Shown here piece by piece: positions 23,235-32,363 of a DNA stretch of 33,297 nt; within the stretch, counting starts at the first letter, position 1; every line of letters begins with the position of its first letter. Source of the stretch: a virus (taxonomy: Duplodnaviria > Caudoviricetes). The position numbers and the translations under genes are program-made. Location: the IMG/VR virus record IMGVR_UViG_3300026196_000017, positions 1-33,297 of that record, one strand, 5' to 3'. Below the pieces are notes generated by a model, which had not been told where the DNA came from, searched no databases, and saw only the letters and a list, made by a program, of their open reading frames with translations.

Positions 23235-23235
23235 G

Positions 23236-23267
23236 CATTAAAGCATAAAAACATAAACACATAAACT
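23236..23267. repeat. Four tandem 8-bp repeats directly upstream of the RHH gene (putative operator)
   Basis: CATTAAAG CATAAAAA CATAAACA CATAAACT. Confidence 0.6.
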
Positions 23268-23284
23268 CAATGAGAAAGAAAGAT

Positions 23285-23313
23285 TTGACATTAAGATCAG
23301 CATTAAATATTTT
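23285..23313 (+). promoter_or_regulatory. Putative sigma70/66-type promoter
   Basis: TTGACA (23285), 17-nt spacer, TATTTT (23308); ATG follows at 23320. Confidence 0.55.
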
Positions 23314-23319
23314 ACTACT

Positions 23320-23787
23320 ATGTCTGAAACCCTCGGAAGTAAAGCGCTTGACCTTCTCGAACAAGGAGATGACCTCACTCCTATTGATATGGGAGAGAAA
23401 CTAGCTGAGCTTACATCTAAAAAGCTTCAAGAGGTGATAGAAACGCATAAAGCTTATGGTGCGGAATACTATATCCAAATCGTTTTCCAGCAAGAAAATT
23501 TGCATGCCCGCTGTCTCCCCAATGTTCACCACTTACAATCCATAGTAACTTCACAATCTCCCGGTATGAGGCCTGATCGTAGCTGTTTCAAATATAACAA
23601 TAAGACGGATGAGCTTACCTATCTTTGGAGTTTGCCCGATTTAGCATCTTGCACATTCATGATAGAAAATGAATCGGAACTTAGCGCTGACGAGCAGCAG
23701 TTGCTAGGTTTTGTGAAAGATTTCTTCTATCAGTGCTTAAGCTCAATTCAACAAAAAAAATATTCAATGAAGAATTTGACTTTTTAA
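23320..23787 (+). CDS. Hypothetical protein upstream of the scaffold gene, 155 aa
   Basis: Long clean ORF; no motif recognised. Confidence 0.7.
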   Translation: MSETLGSKALDLLEQGDDLTPIDMGEKLAELTSKKLQEVIETHKAYGAEYYIQIVFQQENLHARCLPNVHHLQSIVTSQSPGMRPDRSCFKYNNKTDELTYLWSLPDLASCTFMIENESELSADEQQLLGFVKDFFYQCLSSIQQKKYSMKNLTF

Positions 23788-23887
23788 TCGCCCTAATGTT
23801 AAATCAAAATTTAACTTGATTCGTTAGCCCGCGTTAGAGGCTCAAGTTAAGTAGGCCGTAAAATAGTATTCGCCATACTGGAGGAAA

Positions 23888-24658
23888 ATGTCTGAAGAAG
23901 AACAAGTTGCTCTTGAAGAGCAAGAAAGTGCGGACGTAAAAGAAGAGGGTGAGGACGTCGCTCATCAGGACACAGACAATTCCACTATTGCTCAAGAGTC
24001 TCAGGAGCAGTCTGGGCAGGCCGAAGAAGGCACGAAGGACTACAACTGGAGAAAGGCTCGCGAGCAGCTAGAAGAGTTGCAATATGAGAACAAGCTGCTG
24101 AAACGGCAGTTTGATGAAATGCAGACCTCTAAGAAGAAGTCTTCAGAGGACGATGAGTTAAAAGCCATCGAAAACGAGATTCGCAATCTCCCCGCTGACG
24201 AGCTTCTCACTTATGAGCAAGCCGAAAAGATGGCAATGCTCAGAGAAAGAAAGTCTGAGCTTAAGTTTCAGGCTTTAGAGGAGCGTTTAGCTAAAAAAGA
24301 AAGCGAAACGCTAGATATTAGGGTTAAAAACCAATATCCCGATTTCTACTCCGTTGCAACCGATAGTGTTATAGAAGAATTAAAACAGGATCCTTTGTTC
24401 GTCAAGATGTTGAATGGACTGAAAGATCCGTTTGATAAGGTCGCTCTTATCTACAAAGAAGCGAGAGCCCTAGGGGGGCAAGTACCTTCAGGTAGAGAAG
24501 AAAAGCAGCTGGAAGCCAATAAGGGCAAGCCGAGATCTACAAACGCAATTGGTGGAGGATCTCCTTTACATCAAGCGCAAGATTTCGCAGCTTGGCCCAA
24601 TCCGGACCTTAAAAAACGACTTCACCAAGAGATGGTTGACGCGATGAAGGGTGCATAA
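23888..24658 (+). CDS. Capsid scaffolding protein (putative), 256 aa
   Basis: Acidic N-terminus and coiled coil, directly upstream of the capsid gene; GGAGG SD. Confidence 0.7.
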   Translation: MSEEEQVALEEQESADVKEEGEDVAHQDTDNSTIAQESQEQSGQAEEGTKDYNWRKAREQLEELQYENKLLKRQFDEMQTSKKKSSEDDELKAIENEIRNLPADELLTYEQAEKMAMLRERKSELKFQALEERLAKKESETLDIRVKNQYPDFYSVATDSVIEELKQDPLFVKMLNGLKDPFDKVALIYKEARALGGQVPSGREEKQLEANKGKPRSTNAIGGGSPLHQAQDFAAWPNPDLKKRLHQEMVDAMKGA

Positions 24659-24674
24659 GACGGAGAAATAAAGA

Positions 24675-25622
24675 ATGTCTATTACTACTACTTCCTCTCT
24701 TCCGGCTCCAGTTCAACAAAGCTTTAGCTACAAGCTATTGAGCGTTCCTACGCCCTATTTTATTCATAAAATCCCGGCGATGTTGAAAAGGATGCCTCGG
24801 AATGGAGGTACCACACTAAGGATGCGTCGATATAACGCGCTTCCTACATCAAAAGTCCCTCTGGGGAATTCGGGCATTACACCGCCCCCCGTGAATCTAA
24901 CAGCTGTAAATATTGATGCTGAGATGAACTTTTATGGGCAGTACATCATCTTAAACGAGCAAGTAACCTTGCAAAACCAAGACCCAGTGCTAAACGAAGC
25001 AGCTCAGCGTCTCGGTGTTTCTCTTCGACAAACTGAAGATGAGCTTGTAAGAGATATGCTAGCTTCTACGGCAAGTTTTATTCACTGTACTGGTGGATCA
25101 AATGGAGACAATCCAACAGAAATTACTCGCTCTGATGTAGATGCTGTTGTAAGGACTCTAGCGACTAACAACGCGTTCACTATTGCCGATAATATGGAAG
25201 GGGAAGATAAATTTGGAACAGCTCCTATTCGAGATGCTTACTTTGCTCTAGCAAGTACTTCTCTCATTGGAGATTTGGAACAAGTTTCAGGTTTTATTCC
25301 AAAAGCTCAGTATCCAAGCCCAATGCAGGCGCTCCGTCCTGAATGGGGTAGTGTTTCAAATTTAAGATTCTTGCTTTCTAGCATTGGGTCAGTGACCCCA
25401 ACAGCATCTGCCTTAGGGGCAAATGTATACGATATTTTTTGCGTAGGGCTGGAAGCCTATGCTTGCATCGAGCAAGACGGATATTCTGCTCAATTCATCT
25501 ATCGACCACCAATCTATGATAGTCCATTGGCTCTTAATGCTTCTGTGGGTTGGAAAATGGCTCAAGTTCCAAGAATCACGAATGATGCTTGGGTAATTGA
25601 TCTACAAGCAACATTATCATAA
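24675..25622 (+). CDS. Major capsid protein, N4-gp56 family (HK97 fold), 315 aa
   Basis: MPRNGGTTLRMRRY..L, PL..G.TPP, YG.Y..L...V, ..KY......EWGSV...RF, PL...SVGWK motifs. Confidence 0.88.
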   Translation: MSITTTSSLPAPVQQSFSYKLLSVPTPYFIHKIPAMLKRMPRNGGTTLRMRRYNALPTSKVPLGNSGITPPPVNLTAVNIDAEMNFYGQYIILNEQVTLQNQDPVLNEAAQRLGVSLRQTEDELVRDMLASTASFIHCTGGSNGDNPTEITRSDVDAVVRTLATNNAFTIADNMEGEDKFGTAPIRDAYFALASTSLIGDLEQVSGFIPKAQYPSPMQALRPEWGSVSNLRFLLSSIGSVTPTASALGANVYDIFCVGLEAYACIEQDGYSAQFIYRPPIYDSPLALNASVGWKMAQVPRITNDAWVIDLQATLS

Positions 25623-25632
25623 GGAGAAAAAA

Positions 25633-26604
25633 ATGAGTTACGGAACTATTTTAGCCCAAGGAAGATTTACTTCGGACGGAACAGCAAAAGTCCTCACTAT
25701 CCCCTCTGATGCCGACTGGATGAAAGTAATTAACTATACCATAGCTGATGCGGACCAAACCAACGCTGTAGGTGTAGAATATTACTGGCAAAAAGGGATG
25801 GATGATGGGACAGGCATTGAATATAAAAAATCTAATGCAGCTAATGCGGCAAACTTAACCGACGCTTTAGCTTCAGGCGGTTTTACTGTATTGGATGCTA
25901 ATGCTTCTTATGGTCCCGCTATTACGGGAACTACCATCACTAAAGCTGATCCGCCAGTATGTTCGGCCCTTTCACACGGGTATTCTGACGGAGATTTGGT
26001 ATTTTTCACGAATTTGACGGAAATGCCTCAGCTAGCACGGATCGCATGGACAGTAGGTAGCGTCACAACCGATACCTTTGAATTAACGTACATGGATACA
26101 AATACAGCTAATTTTACCCAAGAAAGTGCGTTTACCGTAAGAAGCATTCCTGAAAGCTTCTTTACTTGGAGTGACACAACGTCTTCCATTACGGCGATTA
26201 CCCTTGGGTCGACCACTGATGTACAGACTTCGAATGACAATAGTGATTTTACCTATGCGGTAGGTCAAGTTGTTCGTTTTTATATACCACCAGAATTTGG
26301 GACAGTAGAGTTGGATGGAGTTCAAGGGGAGATTACTGCTTATAATTCCACCACTAATACTTATACAATTGCGGTAGACTCAAGTTCTTATACTTCATTT
26401 GCATGGCCCACAGCGAGTTCAGTGCCTTTTTCTTTGGCGCGATTAGTTGAAGTTGGAGACGCTTCTTCCTCACCTGTGAATCCTGTAACAAATACAGCAG
26501 CATTACAGATTAAGTTGGCAGCAGGGGCTGACAGTCCGGCTGGGTCTACTTCAGATGTAATTTATTGGTATGCGGGTAAGTCAATTAGTGTAACGAATGA
26601 ATAA
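25633..26604 (+). CDS. Virion structural/decoration protein with FCCH-like beta domains
   Basis: ITKADPPVCSALSHGYSDGDLVFF...M..L (ubiquitin-E1 FCCH-like domain common in phage structural proteins); AAGGAG SD before 25633. Confidence 0.6.
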   Translation: MSYGTILAQGRFTSDGTAKVLTIPSDADWMKVINYTIADADQTNAVGVEYYWQKGMDDGTGIEYKKSNAANAANLTDALASGGFTVLDANASYGPAITGTTITKADPPVCSALSHGYSDGDLVFFTNLTEMPQLARIAWTVGSVTTDTFELTYMDTNTANFTQESAFTVRSIPESFFTWSDTTSSITAITLGSTTDVQTSNDNSDFTYAVGQVVRFYIPPEFGTVELDGVQGEITAYNSTTNTYTIAVDSSSYTSFAWPTASSVPFSLARLVEVGDASSSPVNPVTNTAALQIKLAAGADSPAGSTSDVIYWYAGKSISVTNE

Positions 26605-26611
26605 AAAAAAT

Positions 26612-26639
26612 GGGAAGGGCTTCGGCTCTTCCCTTTATT
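26612..26639 (+). terminator. Hairpin terminator after the capsid genes (possibly bidirectional)
   Basis: GGGAAGGGC-TTCG-GCTCTTCCC with a UUCG loop, TTTATT after and an A-run before. Confidence 0.7.
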
Positions 26640-26648
26640 GAGGTAAAC

Positions 26649-27020
26649 ATGACTTTAGCTATTCCTGAAGAGAGAAAATCAAGTAGAAAACTCACCAAGG
26701 AAGAATATAAAATTATGAGAGAAAAAGATCTCAAAATGGTGAAAGGGATTTTTCGCTCATTTGAACCGCGTGGTGGGTCAATAACTTTTTGCTACAAAAA
26801 ATACAAAGAAGATCCAGTTATGAACTTTACCATGATGGATGGCCAAACCTACGACGTTCCATATATGGTTGCTAGGCATTTAAATAACTCTTGCTCCTAT
26901 CCTAAACATACAAATGTTTTAGATGCGCAAGGAAATCCTTCAGTCTGTGTGGGAGAAAAAGTAAAGAGATGTTCTTTTGAAAGCTTAGAGTTCATGCAAG
27001 ACATTTCCCTAAGCTCCTAA
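26649..27020 (+). CDS. Hypothetical virion morphogenesis protein, 123 aa
   Basis: GAGGT SD before the ATG at 26649. Confidence 0.6.
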   Translation: MTLAIPEERKSSRKLTKEEYKIMREKDLKMVKGIFRSFEPRGGSITFCYKKYKEDPVMNFTMMDGQTYDVPYMVARHLNNSCSYPKHTNVLDAQGNPSVCVGEKVKRCSFESLEFMQDISLSS

Positions 27021-27040
27021 CTCTTTTGTAGAGGAAAAAA

Positions 27041-28039
27041 ATGAGCGCCACCTCAGGGGCAGAGCTAAGTACATTAGAAAGAATTCGAACTAAAGTGAGA
27101 AGGCTCACAGCCTCTCCTTCAGCGAACCAGCTTTCGGATTCAGAGATCGATGACCAGGTCAACAATTTCTATTTCTTCGACCTTCCTGAAGAGCTGCGCT
27201 TATGGAATTTGCGCGAAGAATACAACTTTTACACCGACCCCAACGTTGATGCTTATCCGTTCCCTAGGAACCACTACATCAACATGTATCAGCCCATTTA
27301 TATTGCGGGATATCAAAGCTTTTTCTCTCAGGAAAGAGAGCAGTTTTTTAGGATTTATCCGCAGCTCGAGTTTTCCGAAGACGTAGCTACTGGAGATGGA
27401 GTCACCACGGCATATACTTTCACGGTATCTAATACTCCTGTCATGCGAGGGTATCAATACCTTCCTGATGCAACAATCTTTTCAAGATTCTTTGTTTCCT
27501 ATACTGACGCTAGCGGAAACTCAGTGATTGCTAGAGACGATGGTGCAGGAGGTTTTGTCGATGAAGATGGATCCACGGTTTTAACGGGAACACTAGACTA
27601 CGAAACCGGAGTAGTGACCGGCCTTACATTTTTAGCGGCTCCCCCCTCAGGTGCGACTATCGTAGCCCAATATGTAGCCTATCAAGCTTCGAGGCCTCAG
27701 GCGCTGCTCTATTACAGCTCCACGATGTTCTTGCGCCCTGTTCCCGACAAAGCCTATAAAGTAGCTTTTGATGTCTTGAAGCAGCCCACTTTTCTGCTGC
27801 AAAACGACAGTAACCCCGCTTTACAAGAGTGGTGGCAAATTCTGGCTTTTGGAGCCACAAAACGCATCTTAGAAGAAAGGCAAGACATGACTTCATTGGT
27901 TAACATTATGCCCATGTATAAGGCAGAGGAAGCTAAGATTCTTAGACGTACCACCCAGCAATTGGCACAAGAAAGAACGGCGACAATATTTACTGAACAG
28001 GTTCAATTTCCGTACGGGAATTTCTTTAATCGTTTTTAG
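27041..28039 (+). CDS. Head-tail adaptor/tail tubular protein A-like with inserted beta domain, 332 aa
   Basis: TL..IR..VRRL N-terminal helix, LRPVPDKAY motif and helical C-terminus typical of podovirus adaptors. Confidence 0.6.
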   Translation: MSATSGAELSTLERIRTKVRRLTASPSANQLSDSEIDDQVNNFYFFDLPEELRLWNLREEYNFYTDPNVDAYPFPRNHYINMYQPIYIAGYQSFFSQEREQFFRIYPQLEFSEDVATGDGVTTAYTFTVSNTPVMRGYQYLPDATIFSRFFVSYTDASGNSVIARDDGAGGFVDEDGSTVLTGTLDYETGVVTGLTFLAAPPSGATIVAQYVAYQASRPQALLYYSSTMFLRPVPDKAYKVAFDVLKQPTFLLQNDSNPALQEWWQILAFGATKRILEERQDMTSLVNIMPMYKAEEAKILRRTTQQLAQERTATIFTEQVQFPYGNFFNRF

Positions 28040-28052
28040 TAGGAGAGACTAA

Positions 28053-28658
28053 ATGACTTACACCCCCGACATTCCCAACGCCTCTGACATCGTAGCCCAA
28101 TCTCAGCCTATCATCAAAACGAACTTTCAGCAGTTGAACGTTGTATATGGCTCAAGCGGCGACCACTTTCCTTTTGACGATACGGATCCAAACGAACAAT
28201 TTAAGCATGCTCGAGTAACGTTACCTCGCTTACCTCAATCAAACCCCCCGGGAAATGTTTTGCCTACTCCAGGGGCTAGCGAAATGTCCATCTTTTGTGA
28301 TGTATCAGGAGGTTTCAGCCAGCCCTACTACCGAAGAGATAATGCCACGGTAAATATCCCTGTTTCTCCAATTCAAGCATTCGGGGAAGCTACTGGGGCA
28401 GCAGTCCCGGTTCTTACTCCTAACTCTTATAATATCGCCTCTGTCTCCCTCGTGGGAGTTACCTATACTTTTACGTTTACTGAGGCGTTAGCGGACGCGG
28501 ATTATGTTGTTACGGGTGGTTTCTCAGCTACGGGTAACCAAGTTGGTTTGCGCTTTTCAAATAAGACTACTACCTCCGTGGACGTAAAGGTATTAACATC
28601 AAATGGAGCAGCTAGCACCGCAGTAAGTTTAATATCGATCATGATTTTGAGAGCGTAG
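28053..28658 (+). CDS. Tail-associated protein, 201 aa
   Basis: C-terminal SYNIASV....YTFTF..A.....Y.V beta domain seen in tail-fibre-related proteins; position in the tail module. Confidence 0.5.
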   Translation: MTYTPDIPNASDIVAQSQPIIKTNFQQLNVVYGSSGDHFPFDDTDPNEQFKHARVTLPRLPQSNPPGNVLPTPGASEMSIFCDVSGGFSQPYYRRDNATVNIPVSPIQAFGEATGAAVPVLTPNSYNIASVSLVGVTYTFTFTEALADADYVVTGGFSATGNQVGLRFSNKTTTSVDVKVLTSNGAASTAVSLISIMILRA

Positions 28659-31223
28659 ATGGCTTACCAACCGTTTTACATCGCCGGAGTGAAAAGCGGG
28701 TTAGTCAGAAATCCTGAAGCGTTCCTTATTCCCGAAGACGCCTTCCCGACACTTGAGAATGCCTATATTTGGCGTGACAAGATTAAGCGCAAGCTGGGAT
28801 ACCAAAAGCTAGAAAGGCTTCAGCGAAACCTTACTAGTGTGAGCTTGACCAATACCGATGGTTCGGGGACCTATACGGAATCAGATTTATTAGCAGCCCA
28901 AAGAGCAACGCAAATTTATGCGCAGCTTCGACCGGGAACAGTCGTCATCACGATTGACCCGGGAGGAGGGAGCGAGACGATTTATAACGATGCGACAACC
29001 GAAGGGGTTCTGACTCATATTTCCGGACCTTTTACGGGGTCGGGAGTAATTACCTACCTTTCAGGTTCTCCCCCTACTTCTCCGGCGACTATTTCATTCA
29101 CAGCTGCTCCGGGAGCGGGTGTGACTGTCACGGCCAACTACGGTTACTTTCCCGGTTTGCCGGTCATGGCCATAGGAAACCGAGAGCTTTCGACGATAAA
29201 TTTAGAGGAACTCATTTGCTTCGACACTGTATTTGCTTATCGATTTAATACTTCGTCAAATCAATTTGAGGAATGGTTGCCAGGAACTACGTGGACCGGA
29301 ACAAATTCGGACTTCTTTTGGACTATTACGTATTGGCAAGACACGTCGCAAAATGATCTTTTTTGGGCTACAAACTTCACGACCGGGGATCCCATTCGCT
29401 ACTCAAATGGAGTGAGCTGGACAGATTTTGCCCCGGCAGTAGGGGCTACCTGTGTCGATGACGAAAACTTGGGTAATGTAACAACGCCTTGGAATAGCTT
29501 CGGGCCCGCAAGTGTTACGAATGGGGACGTCAAAGAAAAAAGTGTTGTCGTAACCGTAGGAGTAAAGGGAGAAGATGCCATTACGGTGCTTACTGATGAC
29601 GGGGCCGGCGCCCTGTCTACTTCCACCTCAGGAAGAAGCGACACCGGTACGATAAATTATTCTACCGGGTCCATTACTTTGACCATCAACCCGGCCTTAA
29701 CCGCTGATGCATCAGTCCATGTGGAGTACTGCTACTTAGGCGAGCTTTTACAGCAGTGTTTAGCCCTTATTCCTTTTAAAGACCGCCTGTTAGCTTTCAA
29801 TACATACGAAGGGGACACCCTCGTAGGAGCCGTTCACTACCCTCAGCGCCTTCGCTATTCTCAAAATGGCGATCCCTCAGATCAATTTGATGGTTGGAGA
29901 TCGGATATACCGGGGCGGGGAGGATTTATTGATGCGCCTACTTCCGAGCACATAGTCAGCGTAGCCTTTATCCGCGATATTTTAATCGTGAGTATGGAAA
30001 GGTCCACTTGGCAAGTTAGGTATACCGGAAACGAAGTTCTTCCCTTTGTGTGGGAGAAAATCGACACCGAATACGGGTGTGAATCCACCTATTCTACCGT
30101 TCAATTTGATCGAGGCGTGCTCCAAATTGGAAGAGACGCCCTTACAGTTTGTAACGGAAATTCTGTCGAAAGAATCGATTTGCAAATACCCGATGAAGTG
30201 GGAGCTTTTGTCAGCGTAGATGAAGGAAATCAACGAGTGCACGGATACAGAGATATGAATGTCCAGCTCGTGTATTGGACCTACAACTCCAATGGAGACA
30301 AGACTTTCCCCGACAGCTTACTTGTCTATAATTACGTGACAAATACTTACTCAATTTGGAAAGATCACTTTACAGCCCTAGGCCGCTGGTATCGCGATAC
30401 AGTGATACGTTGGCAAGACATTACCGTTCCTTGGGAAGCGTGGATCCACGCTTGGAAATGGGCATTTAGACAGCAAAACTTTCCCGAAGTGATTGGAGGA
30501 AATCAAAATGGGTACATCGAGATCTTTAACCAGCTTACCTACAATGATGTTAGCCTATTCATTTTTAATATTAGCGGGACTACTCAAACTACTATTAGTT
30601 GCATTGATCACAACTTGGTGGACAGTCAAATTGTGCGCCTACGCAATATTGTGGGTGACAGCAACAACACTGCTCTTAACGATGAGTTTTTTAAGGTTTA
30701 TGAAGCGCAAGATGACGATTTCAAAATTCTGAAATATGATACGAACACTGAAAGTTTTGTCGAAGTCACCCCAGGGTCGACCTACCTAGGGGGAGGAGAA
30801 ATCGAGGTGTGCAACAACTTCAATATCCTTTCCAAAGAGTTCAACATCTACGAGTCAGGTCAGCGCGTAATGCTTGGTTATGTAGATTTCCTGGCGGACA
30901 CCTCCGACGATGGTGAATTTACCTGTCAGGTATACGTTGACAGCAACTCAAACACTCCCATCAACACGGATTCTGAGGGCAATAGCATTGATCAATCCAA
31001 CTTTGTCAATAGCATCGTAGAAACCGATAAGCCCCAGTTCGAACTTCAAGGAGCCGACAGATATTGGCATCGATTTTACTGTCAAACAGACGGGACAGTC
31101 TTTCAATACAGGCTCTCCCTTTCGGATGTAGAGATGATTACTCAAGCAGTTTATGAATCCAATGTCACCATACATGCTTTAATTTTATGGCTCACTCCTG
31201 GGCCAAGGTTGATCGGGGGGTAA
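28659..31223 (+). CDS. Tail nozzle/stabilisation protein (P22 gp10 / T7 tubular B-like beta-propeller), 854 aa
   Basis: LEN.Y.....IKRK.G N-terminus; FKDRLL.F...RLRYS...DP...W, EYGCES, LVYNY....SI propeller motifs. Confidence 0.7.
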   Translation: MAYQPFYIAGVKSGLVRNPEAFLIPEDAFPTLENAYIWRDKIKRKLGYQKLERLQRNLTSVSLTNTDGSGTYTESDLLAAQRATQIYAQLRPGTVVITIDPGGGSETIYNDATTEGVLTHISGPFTGSGVITYLSGSPPTSPATISFTAAPGAGVTVTANYGYFPGLPVMAIGNRELSTINLEELICFDTVFAYRFNTSSNQFEEWLPGTTWTGTNSDFFWTITYWQDTSQNDLFWATNFTTGDPIRYSNGVSWTDFAPAVGATCVDDENLGNVTTPWNSFGPASVTNGDVKEKSVVVTVGVKGEDAITVLTDDGAGALSTSTSGRSDTGTINYSTGSITLTINPALTADASVHVEYCYLGELLQQCLALIPFKDRLLAFNTYEGDTLVGAVHYPQRLRYSQNGDPSDQFDGWRSDIPGRGGFIDAPTSEHIVSVAFIRDILIVSMERSTWQVRYTGNEVLPFVWEKIDTEYGCESTYSTVQFDRGVLQIGRDALTVCNGNSVERIDLQIPDEVGAFVSVDEGNQRVHGYRDMNVQLVYWTYNSNGDKTFPDSLLVYNYVTNTYSIWKDHFTALGRWYRDTVIRWQDITVPWEAWIHAWKWAFRQQNFPEVIGGNQNGYIEIFNQLTYNDVSLFIFNISGTTQTTISCIDHNLVDSQIVRLRNIVGDSNNTALNDEFFKVYEAQDDDFKILKYDTNTESFVEVTPGSTYLGGGEIEVCNNFNILSKEFNIYESGQRVMLGYVDFLADTSDDGEFTCQVYVDSNSNTPINTDSEGNSIDQSNFVNSIVETDKPQFELQGADRYWHRFYCQTDGTVFQYRLSLSDVEMITQAVYESNVTIHALILWLTPGPRLIGG

Positions 31224-31715
31224 ATGACTTTTAGCCCGGAAAATTCACTTCAGTCTTTTTTGCCTACAACCTTGATCATCCCCGACTTAGAGAATGAGGA
31301 TGAATTTAACTATGTAATGTCCGACTATCTCAAGAAAAGTTCGGCTGCGGTCAATGAAAAAGACATCGGACAATACCTACAGACTGAAGTGCTATGCGGT
31401 CAAAAATTTTTTAACGATGAGGACACAAAAAATACTCACTCGGTGTATCGAAAGGTAATCGACTTCGGCGCTCTGCCCGCTTCTTCGGCAAAAACAGTAC
31501 CTCATGGAATAGACATTCAAGAGTCAACCCGCTTTACAAGGATTTATGGAACTGCTAACTCTCCTTCATCTTTCATCCCTCTACCTTACGCAGATTCTAC
31601 CGCAGCTAATTCGATTTCATTGGAAATAACTGAGCTAAACGTAGAAATTACAACTGCCATAGACTATTCAGCTTATACTGAGACTTATGTAGTTGTGGAA
31701 TATTATTATTCCTAA
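31224..31715 (+). CDS. Tail-associated structural protein, 163 aa
   Basis: VYRKVIDFGALP....VPHGI...VVVEY C-terminal beta domain common in phage tail proteins. Confidence 0.55.
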   Translation: MTFSPENSLQSFLPTTLIIPDLENEDEFNYVMSDYLKKSSAAVNEKDIGQYLQTEVLCGQKFFNDEDTKNTHSVYRKVIDFGALPASSAKTVPHGIDIQESTRFTRIYGTANSPSSFIPLPYADSTAANSISLEITELNVEITTAIDYSAYTETYVVVEYYYS

Positions 31716-31772
31716 GGTCTTTACAGGAGGAATGAAGAGTAGTAAAGTAATAATTTTAGAAAAGAGGTCACC

Positions 31773-32363
31773 ATGTCATTTTTCAAAGGAAGAAAAGAAA
31801 GCTTCAAACAAGTTCCCACTAAAACAGGTCAGCAACAAGACCTACTCTCAAACCTTCTCTCGGGCCTTGGTCAGGGTGGTCTAGGAGGTCAGGGTTATCA
31901 AGCTGCCATACAAAACTTACTCGGGATTCTCCAGGGGTCACCTGAGTCTTTTCAAGCTTTGGAAGCCCCGGCTAGAACCGCTTTCGAACAACAAACGGTC
32001 CCAAGCATTCTTGAAAGGTTTTCCGGGGCGGGGGCTAGAAGCTCCTCAGGGCTTCAACAGACGCTCGGCCAAGCCGGAAGTCAACTTGAGCAAGGATTGG
32101 CTTCTCAGCGCGCTGGAATGCAGCAGAACGCCGCTTCACAGCTGCTAGGAAACTTCATGAACCAAGCAAATCTGGGTTTAGGCACGAACACATTCGAGAA
32201 TGTATATCGTCCAGGCCAATCAGGAATTTTTGGGCAATTAGGCCAAGCTTTGTCTCCAGCTCTAGGAAGTTTTGGCCAGGGTTATGGCCAGTCCCTCGGA
32301 TTGGGACAATCCACAGGAATTAATAACGTATTGCAATTGCTGGCACAACTGGGAGGTCTATAA
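31773..32363 (+). CDS. DNA-ejection protein (P22 gp7-like position), Gln/Gly-rich, 196 aa
   Basis: Low-complexity G/Q/L/S composition; GARSSSGLQQTL motif; follows the tail genes. Confidence 0.6.
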   Translation: MSFFKGRKESFKQVPTKTGQQQDLLSNLLSGLGQGGLGGQGYQAAIQNLLGILQGSPESFQALEAPARTAFEQQTVPSILERFSGAGARSSSGLQQTLGQAGSQLEQGLASQRAGMQQNAASQLLGNFMNQANLGLGTNTFENVYRPGQSGIFGQLGQALSPALGSFGQGYGQSLGLGQSTGINNVLQLLAQLGGL

